From: Paraspadella gotoi
Lineage: Eukaryota > Animalia > Chaetognatha
Direction of reading: 5' to 3'
Assembly: GCA_051294375.1 (NCBI GenBank)
Contig: CM119267.1
Location: forward strand, 3,398,192-3,462,191
Length of the DNA stretch: 64,000 bases
The position numbers and the translations under genes were made by a program. Positions 13,252 through 25,891 of the stretch are shown here, piece after piece. The notes under the pieces are model-generated. The model did not search any database, had not been told where the DNA came from, and was given only the letters and a program-made list of their open reading frames with translations. Each line of letters begins with the position of its first letter. Within the stretch, counting starts at the first letter, position 1.

Positions 13252-16200
13252 TCACATTCGCTGCTTAATGAGCTCCAGTAGGCAGCCGACGGCCCCGAAG
13301 TATCCTTCGTGCTCTAGGAAGAGCGCCTGTTGCGTGCCTTCCGACCAATAGTTGACGGCGTAGGCTAATAGCTTCATGCTGAGCTCGTTCTTACGTAAGT
13401 AGTTTCCCACAAAAACGATTCGTTCGATTTTTTCTGAGAGAAATTGAGAAAAAACGTTGACCAAAGACGAAGAGGTAAGTAATTCGCTGTGCTGGCGCGC
13501 TTACCTGCGGCGGCGACGAATCGTGATATGGAACCGATGTTGTTGGTGATCGTGACGAGAGTCGCTCGGGCTAAGTCCTCTTTGGTAATCTTGTCACGAC
13601 TCTCCTTGTGATTCATTTTCCCAAAGGAGGAGGCCACGATGTCGCCTGATGTACGCCGAAAATAAAACTGATAATGACCCATATCCGGCCTTCGATTTTC
13701 GATTAAGCGGAGACGAAGAAATAAATAGTAACAAACCGGGCAAGTTGAACTTGGAATAATCGCCGCCGTAAATATCCCTGACGAGCTTGTCCACGTTGGT
13801 GCTGTCGCCACCGTCGGCCAGCTCGAGCGCCTCGTCGAAGGTCGAGCAACCGGTCAAAAGCGAGCAGAGGCCTAAAAAGGTTCCCCCACCGATGGAGGTT
13901 CCCGAGACGCGTTGGTAGTCGCTGGGAGTTCGAACTGAGTTAAGGGTAAAATTTATGCGGTTTATCGTTTAACCAAAAAAAAAAAAAAAAAAAAAGTCAA
14001 AGTCAAAGATTGATAACAAAGACTATTATGTACTGACCCGCCAACAGCGAGACGCCAGAACCGATGTTAACCACCAAATATGGGTATGGGTCAGAAAAGT
14101 CGTAATTCTCCTTGGAAAAGGCGCCCCGATAATTAAAGGGATCCACGTAATAAAAACATTCTTTTCTCGGGTTGATGTAGTGGATGTAATGAATTCCCTC
14201 GATCAAGCTTTTCAACTCGTCAAATTTCATCAATTCCATCTCGAGGAGTTCGTTGAAATCCGTTTCGAACTTGTAGGCTCCGCCCCCTGAAGTAAAAGAG
14301 TATCAGCAACGCCCCTCGTCAATGATATAAACGGGCCTTCAGTCGAATAGAAACTTACCCGTGGCGCAAATTGTTCGAGCGACGCTTTTGAGGTTTTTCG
14401 ATTTACAGAGTAGAATAAACTTATCCATTTCTGAGGTGGGAAAGCGGATGAAGTGAAGGATTCCTTGCCGACCGTCCAGTCGCACGTGAGGTAGCTCCAG
14501 GTGCACATCGCGAATGCCGGTTTCTCCATAGGCAGTGTTTCCTGTATAGGGACAAAAAAAAAAAGAATTGACCTTTCCTCTATCGATCGGGCAGGTAGTA
14601 AGTGCTTCTCATCATAGAAAGAACGTCGTTACTTAAGATTAACTACCGGAGTGGTCAAATCTAGGATGACCAGGTAATAGCTATAATATATACCAGTTAA
14701 GTAATGTCGAATCGTTTTGAGAGTCTCCAGCTCGGACTCCTCGTCTTCCGTGGTGATGTTGAGAGGCTCATAGTAGACGAGTTTGGTGAGTGAGCCACCG
14801 ATGTCGATGCCGAACCAGGGAAGGGGCGGCGCCGTGTGAGTTCCGTCCTCGCATCCGTTCTCGATGTCGCTGTACGGACTGGATCGTCCGCTCACGTTGT
14901 GCAGCGAGGACGCAATATGAGGAGCGAGTCCTTTTCCTGAAGAAATACGCGGACGTGAAAAAAGGGAATGAAAAAAAAATATTTTGCGTCAAGAATGAAA
15001 AAATTTACCTTTAGAAGACGGCGGGGAAGGCGATTTCTCATTGGACGGGAAAGGTGAATTGTTTGTTTTATCCTGATTTGACCTGAAAAAAAATTATTTG
15101 AATTTTAATAATGCTCACTTTTCTCGTATGTTAAAACAATTGTACTTATTTAGCTTGACAAGACTGTTACAAATAAATCAATATATTAATCCTGAAATAC
15201 ATGGTGACAATTCTACAAGCGCCGGTAAAAAAACGCTGTAATTTTCAAACCCATAAAGATTTTTTCAATGTTTTATATGAATTTAAAAGTAAAAACCCAA
15301 ACTATTTATATATGAAAATTTTATAAGAATCGACTTTGATATGCCTCAGCAATGATAGCTGGAAGATGGATTTTTAAACTCACTTTTTTTAGATTCAATT
15401 TATTTCTCTTACTTTCAGTAAGTTTTCTGAAAAAATTTGAATTAAAATAATATTTTTAATAAATATTATTATCTTTTGAAAGCCCTTTCAAATTTAAAGA
15501 GAATGACGTACTTACGAATACTGTAGTATAAAATTTAACCGGCCCAGCTTTAATTTAATTAGGATACTCAAAAACGAGATATCTTTCCAAAGATCAATAG
15601 CTGGAGGGTAAATTTAAGATTTTTATCAAATTGTGATTGGCTATATTAAATCTTTTTTTTTTCAGGCTCTTTCATGATACTTATATAAATAATAATTTAA
15701 ACAGGTCATATATTTTAAAAAAAGATTTAAAATTTTAGATAATTCACTTTTGATTCTTTTAATTGAACCAAGGCTGGGCAGCTTACTTTTTATGTTAGAG
15801 CTTTTTTTAAGAGCTTTCTGAAGATATTAATATTGTTAATATCTTAATAAATACTTTGTTTAAAAAAGAGCTAAAAGTTGAAAAAAAAAAGAATTTAAAA
15901 ACAGTGAGTTGGAAAATGAAACCCGATTTTAGAAGCCAACTTTTTCCACTCATTGTCAAGGCATATCTTAACTGATCAATATAAAATTTGAACACATAAA
16001 TGATTTTAATATTTTCTACCCCACTAATTTTTAAGATCAATGAAATAACCACTGGTTTGCAAATGACAGCGTTTTTCTACCGGCGCGGCACTTGTAAAAT
16101 TGTCACCATGTAAATACAATTAACAGATCCACGTTACCCTCGTTTTTTATGTAAGTTCAAGTCAATAATCTAAAGTTAAAAAAAAAAATACCTTAGTGAG

Positions 16201-16313
16201 AGATTTGGTGAGTAACAAGAACATGAGCTTTTGCTAGCAACAGTTTTAATCGGTGCTTGCGATTTTTGACTAGTTCCATTTTCGAGGCCATCTCGAGAGG
16301 AAGCCCTATTCAT
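13252..16313 (-). CDS. PANK: Type II pantothenate kinase, multi-exon; first coding exon ~16313-16192
   Basis: [64 protein letters not shown]; upstream exons join in compatible phases, so the start is less certain than the family call. Confidence 0.92.
15200..16110. mobile_element. Non-autonomous DNA transposon (MITE) with ~55 bp TIRs and TA target-site duplication, in PANK intron 1
   Basis: Left end ta|CATGGTGACAATTCTACAAG-CGCCGGTAAAAAAACGCTGT; right end reverse complement CATGGTGACAATTTTACAAGTGCCGCGCCGGTAGAAAAACGCTGT, followed by |ta; AT-rich interior without a coding frame. Confidence 0.85.
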
Positions 16314-16907
16314 GGTTTCAGGAGACTTGAAACCTTTAAGAGTTAGGAGCCCATAATAAAATATTCGTTTGGTGAAACCGTCTGCGGTAATTGCACTTAG
16401 TCCAAATTCGGAATATCACCCGAGAAGCATCTACTTCAAAATCAACTGTTAAAGGCGCTGCTGAAAAAATTTGGGACTATATACCATCCTTTCTCAGAAC
16501 GATTCTTTTTCTAAAAATATCTCAGTAAACGACAGTTTTTAACCTATGCATTTAAGAAGAGTTAAAAATAAAAAAACGTGAGGTTATAAAACAATAAGGT
16601 AAACAAATACAAAATGCATTGAAATTGCTTGACATTTCCCAAGAGTTATACCGATACGAAGATGGACTATCATGAAAAGATCATTTAAAACTACTAACCG
16701 ACCAGTTCCATACTAACAGTAATTATTAAACGTTATAAAATATAAAGTGAAAAATTTTAAAGCAATTTTGGATCGAGTACAACTATCAGTATAACCCGGC
16801 GACTTAACACCAAACATAAATAGTTTTAATTCCGGGAGAACGTCGACGGAAAAGGCGGGCGAATGCGCCGACGCGGAAGTCGTGGGGCAACTAGCTTGGC
16901 AAACTCG

Positions 16908-19900
16908 TCATCGCGGGAAAAACTTTTTCCCACTTTTGGCCATGTCGACCAGCATGTCGCAGGGTTTGAACTGATCACCGTAGGTGGAGGCGAACTCTTC
17001 CATTTTATTGACCAAAAAATCCGCTCCCATTGAATCGGTGTACCGGAAAGGTCCGCCTGTGGCCAACGAAAACTCAGGTTTAATCTCCTTTTATTAAAGC
17101 ACAAAGCAAAGAAAATGAATTGAAGTAAATATCTCACCGTAGTTAGGAGGAAATCCGAGTCCAAAAACGGCGGCAATGTCGCCATCCGTAGGATTTCTCA
17201 AAATACTTTCCTATTTCGTCAGAAAATTGAAAAGTTATTCACGCATGATTTTTTTAAATTAAAAAAAATATATGTTATGATTCTTTTACCTGAAGACACA
17301 TGACAGCCTCGTTCGTAAACCTGGTCGCTAGGCGGAGTTGAACTAACTCGGGGCCTAAAGGCACTTTCGGTTCCACCTTGTGCTTTTTGATGATCGACGA
17401 AAAACCGGGGTTTACTGGACGAGGACCCTTCTTTTTCTTCCCTTCGTAAGAGTAAATGCCTGTGGAAATATATTATCGTGGTATTAATATATATTAACAT
17501 TTCTTGATAATAAAATAATAATTATATATACATAATATAATCCATATTTAATATCTTTTTTTTTCTTAACCTTTCTTCGTCTTTCTGCCCAAATGGCCGG
17601 CGCTGACCATGTCGAGCAGGACTTGAACGTCGGCTCCTCCATGTCTAATGCCGAAGGCCTTGTGAAGATCCTCGGCAACATGAGCGCCGACATCGATGCC
17701 CACTTCGTCGAGCAACGTCGCCGTTCCGACCGGAAAACCGTAACCCTTTGTCCACTTGTCCAAATCGACGGGAGAAACTCCCTCCTGCGGTTCGGACAGA
17801 GATTCGTCACAAAAAGACTGTCGACGGATTCTTCAACACGAAAATCTTACCTGTAAAAGTCGAATCACTTCAGCAAGGGTTGGCGCCAGACATCTCGTGG
17901 TGTAGAACCCGGGCCCGTCCTTGACGACGACGATGAGCTTGCCTTGACGCAACCCCAGATCAACGGAGGCTTTGAGCGTCTCCTCCGAAGTATTGTCGGT
18001 CGTGATGATTTCCAACAACTCCATTTTGTCCACTGGAATGAGAAGATGAAAAAAAAAAAAAAAACATTAGCAAGAGCTCGGCCATCAAAGATGAGAAAAT
18101 AATCTCACCAGGAGAAAAATAATGCAAGCCGATAACGTTTTCGGGACGAGCGGAAGCGGTGGCGATTTCGCCGATGGGTAACGCAGATGTATTCGACGCA
18201 AAGATGCAATCGGAAGGAATGTGCTTTTCGACCTCTTTGACGACCTTGTGCTTGATGTTGATGTCTTCGAAAACGGCTTCGATGACCATTTGCGCGGATT
18301 CGAATCCATCGTACTGGAGAGTCCCAGTCACGTTGGACGCGATGGTATCGGCTTCGAATTGCGTCAATCGCTTTCGCTTCACTGTTTTGTTGTTCGTTAA
18401 ATTCAATACTCTGAATTAGTACTCGTTTTATAGGGAAGTTCGTGAGTCATTCGTAAAACAATTACCTCCTCCTTTGAGGCCACCTTCTATTTGGTTTAGT
18501 CCCCTGCCTAAGCCCTCGTTGCTCATATCTTTGACGGTGGTTTTAATGCCCTTGTCGATGCTGACCTATGAGATACAAGAAAAAAACGAGGCGTTAATCT
18601 TTCAAAAATTATTCTTCCCTGCGCAAACCGAACATGCCTGAACGATTCCGGCCCCCATGAGTCCCGCACCAAGAACTGCCAGGTTATTGATCGGTCGCGC
18701 CGGTTTTCCGAAGTGATTCTTCTTGCACTCTGTCCTTCCATTGAAAAGACCCATCAGAGCCTGAGACTCGCGAGTCACGCCGAGTTCCCCGAATCCTTTG
18801 CTCTCGGCTTCGAGTCCGGCATCAAATCCGTTGTCCAATCCGGTCTTGGTGACATCCAGGATTTTTAGAGGAGCGGGATAAAGGCCTTTTGAAACGCCCA
18901 TCACCTGCTTCTTCGCTTGAGTAAAGATAAAATTCCTGACAAAAAGGAGAAAAAAAGTGTAAGTCGTGTTACATTTAACAAAAGCGATCTAATTGTTTAA
19001 AGATTAAATATTAAAGATCACAGAATCTACCTAACGAATCCTATGCCCATAATCTTGTCCTTAAAATCCTTCTTACGACCCTTGGCTTTGATGCTGCCGT
19101 CGGCAAGACCTTTAGCCACTTTAATGGCGACTCTTTCGAGATGATCTTTTCAATGCAAGATTTGTAAATTTTAAAAAAATTATCGTAATTTAGGCTATAA
19201 AAATTTATATTGTAGAAAATAACCTAATGTATTTTCTTCGGGTCCTTTCAGTCCGGGGCCCACGGGTTGTACGAGATCATGAACGAGCCCTATTTTTTTT
19301 GCCTTGTCTGCTCTAATGTTTTTCCCTGAATTTGAAAACAAAATGGAATAGATTATATTTAAATCTATACTCATTAGAGTGATGTGAAAATGATAAAATC
19401 TTAGAAAATTAAAATTTAGCATATAAAACATAAAAATAAAAACCAATAAATATACTTTGGTAAATTAATTTTTTAATTTTATACATTAGTGGGCACCAGT
19501 GAGCTATATTTATATATAGTAATAAGTATATAATAAGCTAAATTTTTTTTTATTAAATTGGTTAAAAATGTAAAAAACTATATTTAAGACACCGATTTTC
19601 AATTTCGAGCTTAAAATTATAGTTTTTTATAATTTTAACCTACTTTTTTAAAAAAAAACCTAATTTTTGAAAAAGATTTATATTTTCTTTTATCAACTTT
19701 TAACGAAAAATCTGAACTCAATAAGGGTTGTACTATATACTAAATGAGCTGACTGGGCTACTATATTTATAAAAAAAAAATTATAGATTAGTATTCACTA
19801 ATATAATAGTTTTTAAGATATAACTGCTAAATTTTGATGCCAAACTTTCACTTCACCCTAATCACCAAAAAAAAAAAAAAAGAGTTCCTAGACTTATTTT

Positions 19901-20516
19901 AACCTTGTAACATCATTGGAAGGGCTTCAGGTAGGGCTACGGTTTTAGGTAACCTCTGCGTGCCACCAGCTCCGGGCAACAATCCAAGCATGACTTCCGG
20001 TAACGCTAATACCGTTTTCTTGTCCTTGACAGCCAGTCTGTATTGGCAAGCGAGAGCGACTTCCAAGCCGCCTCCCATGCACGTTCCCTTGATAGCAGCT
20101 ACGATGGGTTTAGGGCTCGAAGCTACCTTGTTGAGCAGTTCCTGACCATTAGAAGAAAGCGCTTGCACCTCTTGACTCGTAGTGCAAGCCTGCAACATCT
20201 TAATGTCAGCTCCCGCAATGAAACATCCGGGTTTGCCGGAAATTATAACCCCGGATTTAACCGTGTTGTTTTGCCAAAATTCCTCGAGCGCTTTTTCCAT
20301 TTCTTCCTGGACCTCCTTGCCCAAAGAATTGACTTTAGAGTCGGGACTATCAAGTTTTAAAACAGCGACGCCATCTTTGATGGAGACGGTGACGTGCTTG
20401 GCTAGGTCTGCCGCTGATGTGGAAAAGTTGAGCGCCGTGGACGACGTGACGCGGTGCAGGTCCCCCTGGAGCTTGTGAAGGAGGCGACCGAACGCCACGC
20501 ACTTAAAGGAAGCCAT
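16908..20516 (-). CDS. HADHA: Mitochondrial trifunctional enzyme subunit alpha, multi-exon
   Basis: [85 protein letters not shown]. Confidence 0.97.
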
Positions 20517-20830
20517 GTTTAGTTCCTAGCTCCTAAATCTGTGTATAAATTATAAAAAATATAAATATAAATGAAAACGGGCGTTTCTTTTAAGTTAATT
20601 CGATAAACGACCGACATCTAAGTTAAAATTAAAATAGGTTAAAATTCTTGAATAAGTAATATAGACGCTCCCGAAATTGAGTAATTGAAATCACGGCTTA
20701 GCGGAATTTCTCTGAAATTACTCCGAAGTTACAAATGCATTATTAATATTGATCACCTATCTCGTATCAGTTTCAGTTCCTGCCTATTTAATAAGTTAAT
20801 TACACTTGCATATATCAGCAAGTGTTATCC

Positions 20831-22105
20831 TCAAAATCTCTTCATTCTTGGCGGCAAAGTGTTGGCGCCGATTCTGTCGAAGCCCCCCCCGCCTGAAAAT
20901 CTCACTCTTTTAGCCATGGGCGATATGGAAGCTTCCCCGAATTCGCCCACGTTGGGCCGAACTCGCGCTCCGCTGCCGAGTAAAGATCTATCTCCGTCCG
21001 AAAAGACGGCCATGTAACCCGGGAGCTCCTGTGACAATCTCCGAAGGCCTCCAGAAGCCTCGAATAAAGTATTGAGATTCTGGATCTGTTGCTGCAATTC
21101 TAACAAATCCTTGATGGAAGCGAGTTGACGAATCGGGTCGGTCCGCAACGAACTTTGCGACTTTATTCGCGGATTCAGGCTTGACGACGACGACAAACCA
21201 GACCTCGCAGAGCTAGTCTTATTGTGGGAAAGGTTGACCGTCAACTTGATGCCCTGAAATTCGGATCTGTTCAAAGCCGAAACGGCTTCGTTAGCGCTGG
21301 TCGGGCATAACATGTCCACGAAACCGTAGCCTTTTCCTTTGATAACTCTCCCATCCCACACGGGCCCGTACTTTTCGAACAAATTTGTTAAATCCTTTTC
21401 TTTGCAAGAGTCGGTCAGGCCTTTGATGTAAACCGTGGTGATCTCGCCTAGCTTAATAAGCGACTTTATCCTGCGTCCCTTGGGCGTCACGTTGTTTTCC
21501 GCAATTTCGACAACTAGGGGATGAGGCAAAGATTCGACCCGCTTTCGGTCGAGCGCGTCAATAGCCTTTCGAGCGTCGAAGAACGACTCCATGCGCACGA
21601 AGGCAACCTCCGGTTTGCTTCGTGGTCTTTCGATTGAGCTCACGGGACCGTATGCTTCGAAAAGGGTCTTTAGAACGGCGTCGTCTACGTCCTTGGCTCG
21701 GCCGACAAAGATGTTGACCTCGTTGAGGTTACGAGAGACTTTCTTTCGACCCAGTGACACCTCGACGACAATCCTGTTCCCATCCAACTCGGAATTGTTG
21801 AGAGCCGCGATGGCCGCCTTGGCCGCACAAGCATCGCGCATATGAAGAAAAGCGAAGTTCCGAAACATTTGAACGCGTTCGACGGCGCCGAAGGGAGAGA
21901 ACATCCTTTCTAGGGCCTCGCTTTGAAGTTTACCCCTTAGGTTACCCACATAAACGGTGGTGACGTGGCCGGCCGGAGCGGAGGATGGATCGACTTCTGG
22001 CTCCGCAGCATCCATCGGAGGCTCGACCCCGTTGTACTTCAAGTCGACATCGAGAGGTGGTTCATAGCCATCACCCAGATAGCTTTCATTCTCATAGCCT
22101 TTCAT
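20831..22105 (-). CDS. Intronless RNA-binding protein with three RRMs (loosely RBM4/lark-like)
   Basis: RNP2/RNP1 pairs VYVGNL..NFAFLHM, IFVGRA..EVAFVRM, VYIKGL..KGYGFVDM. Confidence 0.85.
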   Translation of the reverse strand: MKGYENESYLGDGYEPPLDVDLKYNGVEPPMDAAEPEVDPSSAPAGHVTTVYVGNLRGKLQSEALERMFSPFGAVERVQMFRNFAFLHMRDACAAKAAIAALNNSELDGNRIVVEVSLGRKKVSRNLNEVNIFVGRAKDVDDAVLKTLFEAYGPVSSIERPRSKPEVAFVRMESFFDARKAIDALDRKRVESLPHPLVVEIAENNVTPKGRRIKSLIKLGEITTVYIKGLTDSCKEKDLTNLFEKYGPVWDGRVIKGKGYGFVDMLCPTSANEAVSALNRSEFQGIKLTVNLSHNKTSSARSGLSSSSSLNPRIKSQSSLRTDPIRQLASIKDLLELQQQIQNLNTLFEASGGLRRLSQELPGYMAVFSDGDRSLLGSGARVRPNVGEFGEASISPMAKRVRFSGGGGFDRIGANTLPPRMKRF

Positions 22106-22294
22106 TGTGAACGATAAGTTTATTGGGAATTATTTTAGGAAAGAATTGACTGAAAAGCAACAATTATAAATATCAACGATTAAACCAAATTTGAGAAATA
22201 ATTTTGTAACAAGCATGGGTTTTCTTCAAAAAAATTATTATAAAAGCGAGAGTATTTCAGTCATTTTAGGAATGAATTAAAAGAGTCAGCTCGA

Positions 22295-23815
22295 CTAGCT
22301 TGTAACAGAGGCCGATATGGATCGCAGCCCGAACCGTTCCTCGATTTCATCGACAATCATCTCAGCGATGGCGAGCGACGACGTGGCGGCCGGCGACGGC
22401 GCGTTGCGAACGTGGAGCGTCCTCTCTCCTATCGTCCCTCGACGTCCTCCGTCGAAGACAAAATCGTCGACGAGCCCGCCGTCAACGTCTAACGCCTGAG
22501 CCCGAACGCCGGCGGGGCCGCGAATCACGTCGGCCGCCGTCAAGCTGGGAACGTAACGCTGCAAAAGCTTCACCTGTCAGAAATGTGATAATGCTCCAGG
22601 TTATCTCTTATAATAATTATTAATTAATATTAGTTCTCCCATTTTTACTGTCACGCTTGCCTGGGACGACACAACGAACGCCCGATACATCTCGCCGACG
22701 CCGAAAGCGAGATTTCTCTGCACCAACTTTCGCAATCCTCGAAACCCGAGTGCGTCGAGAGCGTCGCGAAGGTCGAAATCCGTCAACTTGTAGCCTTCTC
22801 TTTTGAAGGCAAGAACGGCGTTGGGTCCCAGCCAGATGTCGCCGTTCATGCGCGGCGTGAAGTGAACGCCCAGAAAGGGGAACTTCGGATTCGGGACGGG
22901 ATAGATGTTTCCTAAAGACGACAGAAAACTTGAACTGGATGTTGGAAAAAGAGAAGGGACATTGCTTTGGTCCTAACCGTTGACTAATTTGCTCTTTTCT
23001 GGCTTCAACATTAGATAGTCGCCGCGAAATGGAACGATTGGAGGTACGGCCGAGTTGCCGGTCATCGCCGCAACGCGATCAGCGTGAAGCCCGGCGCACG
23101 TGATGACGTATTTGCATCTGATTTAGCGCATAGAACATAATATTAATATTAAGCAACATACGGAAGTGACAGCGCCTTACTTGATTTCCTCGCCCGCGAG
23201 GCTCTTCACGGTCACCGGATGATCTCCGCCCTTCGAAGGCGCGATTTCGCCGGCGGAAAAACCGGCAAAGATTTTCCCGCCGGCCGAACGAAAGTCGTCG
23301 GCGAAGGAGAGCGCGACGCGACGCCAGTCGACGATCCCCGTATGAGGCGAGTGGATGGCGCCGAGACCGCGACAGTTGGGCTCAAGACGCTCGATCTCGA
23401 TCGGATCGATCAGGCGAACGTCCTTCACCTGATAGTTAAACGTAAGTTTCAGAAAAAGCCGGAGAATCAATTAAAATACGATCTTAGAAGATTTTTTTAA
23501 AAATTGACAAGTCGGGTCATTGCACCGCCTCGGCGATTTGACCTGATTCTGTAACGACCTCTGATACAAATCCTCCAGCCGCGACATCTCCTCCTCCTCA
23601 ACGGCGACGATGATCTTTCCGCATTTGTTGTACGGGATCCGCTTGGCGTCGCAGTAATCGTAGGCCATCTCGGCGCCCTTGACGCAGAGGCGCGCCTTGA
23701 GCGAGCCCGGTTTATAGTAGATCCCCATGTGAACTACGCCGCTATTGTGTCCAGTTTGGTGGGTGGCTGAATAAACGATGTTAATTGCCGATGTCGTTCG
23801 AAGCATCTCTTTCTT

Positions 23816-23852
<37 letters not shown>

Positions 23853-24072
23853 ACTTTAACTTCTAACCTAATTCTTTTTCCTTTTCAACGACGCAGAAGG
23901 AAAGGTCGGGATGTCTGCGGAGGGCTTCGCGGGCCGTGGCCAACCCGACGATGCCCCCACCCACCACGCAGACGTCAAACTCCGACGACCGCGATGAGAG
24001 ACGAGCGAAGCCAGTCGAGGCACGCCCGAGCGGCATCAACAAGCCCGTCGCGGCCCTCGCTATGCGAGCCAT
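22295..24072 (-). CDS. L2HGDH: L-2-hydroxyglutarate dehydrogenase, multi-exon
   Basis: [61 protein letters not shown]. Confidence 0.96.
23819..23850. repeat. (TC)n microsatellite in L2HGDH intron
   Basis: Directly visible. Confidence 0.9.
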
Positions 24073-24452
24073 CTCCCGAAATCTTTTGACTAAATGTCAG
24101 TTTTGGCAATGAGAATGAAGGTCATCCTCTCGCAACATGCACAAATCTTTTTAATAATAAAAAATGGTTTAGCGAATGGCGAATATTTACAATGTAAAGT
24201 ATTAAAAAAATATTCTAACTAATTTTATAATAAACCGATTTCATTCTTATTTTCGAACCTAAAAATACGGCCCTCATATGACATAGTACAAAAAATTCCC
24301 TTCCATTTCTACAGCCATGCCGTAGAAGACGATAAAGAGAAAATATATAAATAAAATTGGTTGAGACTTAAAAAAAAAGTGGGCGCGGGTGAAAGCATCG
24401 AGAGTCTCGAGACAAGAGGTGACGACGACAACGAATACTTGAACATTCTTGG

Positions 24453-24531
24453 TCACGTGATGATGGCGTACGCGTCCGACTCGTCCTCGTTTCCACAAGG
24501 CCAAAAGACACAATTGCCTAGACAGCTGAGA

Positions 24532-24573
<42 letters not shown>

Positions 24574-24821
24574 CTTGAATACTACATACATTTTGTTTTG
24601 CCTTTTCCAGAGTCATTTATTATCTAGAGTCATTTACTATACCTGTAGCATATTAGCGATAGGGCGGCGAGAAATACCAGGGAACATATCGTGCAGGGTT
24701 TTCTCTCGAGAAAGAAGGAGGCGAGATAGAATGACATGAACATGACGTGGTCGTAGAGGAGGGCGGGGTTGAGGGGTTTGGGGATGAGGAGGACGGGGAT
24801 CAACCACTGTAAGCAATACAT
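24453..24821 (-). CDS. BLCAP: Bladder cancer-associated protein (BC10), 2 exons, intron ~24528-24642
   Basis: [21 protein letters not shown]...[18 protein letters not shown]|CLGNC. Confidence 0.95.
24536..24568. repeat. (GA)n microsatellite forming the polypyrimidine tract of the BLCAP intron
   Basis: Directly visible next to the acceptor AG on the minus strand. Confidence 0.9.
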
Positions 24822-25891
24822 GTCGAGTCGACCCTCGATTACTTCAGTTTCTCTTGGGAGATCGGCGCACGAAACAGTTTCCTTCGGGACAATTCAATTT
24901 CTCGAAAATAATGTGGTTTTATCACTACGTATATATGTGAAAAAAAATTAAATAAAAACGGCAATATTGGGAAAGAATTCATTAAACGGTATATCAAATA
25001 AGATAAAGCCGTTGAAACAGTTGCCTCTTACATAATTTTTGTGGAACGTTATTGCTCTTTATATGGCAAACACCCTCGCTTGAAATTAATAAACAACCAA
25101 ACAAAAGAAAAATAGGAACCAGATTTAAAAATTAGCGCGATGAACATAACCTGTTAATTTCGAACGAACCATTAGTAAATCGTGCTGAGACATATAAAAA
25201 CTACGTAACTACATTATAAAAAGTTAAATTTAAAATTTAACCAAAGAACCGTAGAATTAAGCGTCACAAATTGACCATAACTTCTAAAACCTAAAAGATT
25301 AAAGAGATATAATTTTTTTTTATGAATCGACTCATGAATATAGATAAAGTTATGATCCAAAATGTAATAACTTACGTACAATAAACCATTTCTTTAGTAA
25401 TTTTATAAACATCTTGGAACAACCAGCCTTACTCAAAGAGTCAAATGCAAATAAATAAACTAAGTCTTTTAAAAATTGAAGAAAAGTTAAGACATTGAGG
25501 GTTCCAGGCAAAATGTGAGACGAAGAAAAAAAAATTGTGATGAAGAAAGATCGATTCGAAATTTTGTTCAAGATTAATATTGGAGGTCAAATTTTGAGTC
25601 GGAGGAACCGGTTGGTGGTTCGGATTCGGCACGCATAAAAAGTTGATAAAAAAAAAAAAAAAACGAATAAAAAAAATGATAAAATCTTCGAGAACGAAAC
25701 GGACCTTCGAATATTCACGCGGAATTAAAATTTAGTTTTTATTTAACCAATGTAAAAATTACCGAATGTAAAACTAAACCGTTCAAGCAAAGAGATGTGA
25801 AAAACGGGAAAAAAAAAAAAATTTCCAAGTATAACATCTAATTCTTCGAACAATCATAAATCGTAATAAGAGCTAGGAATAACGTCAAACG

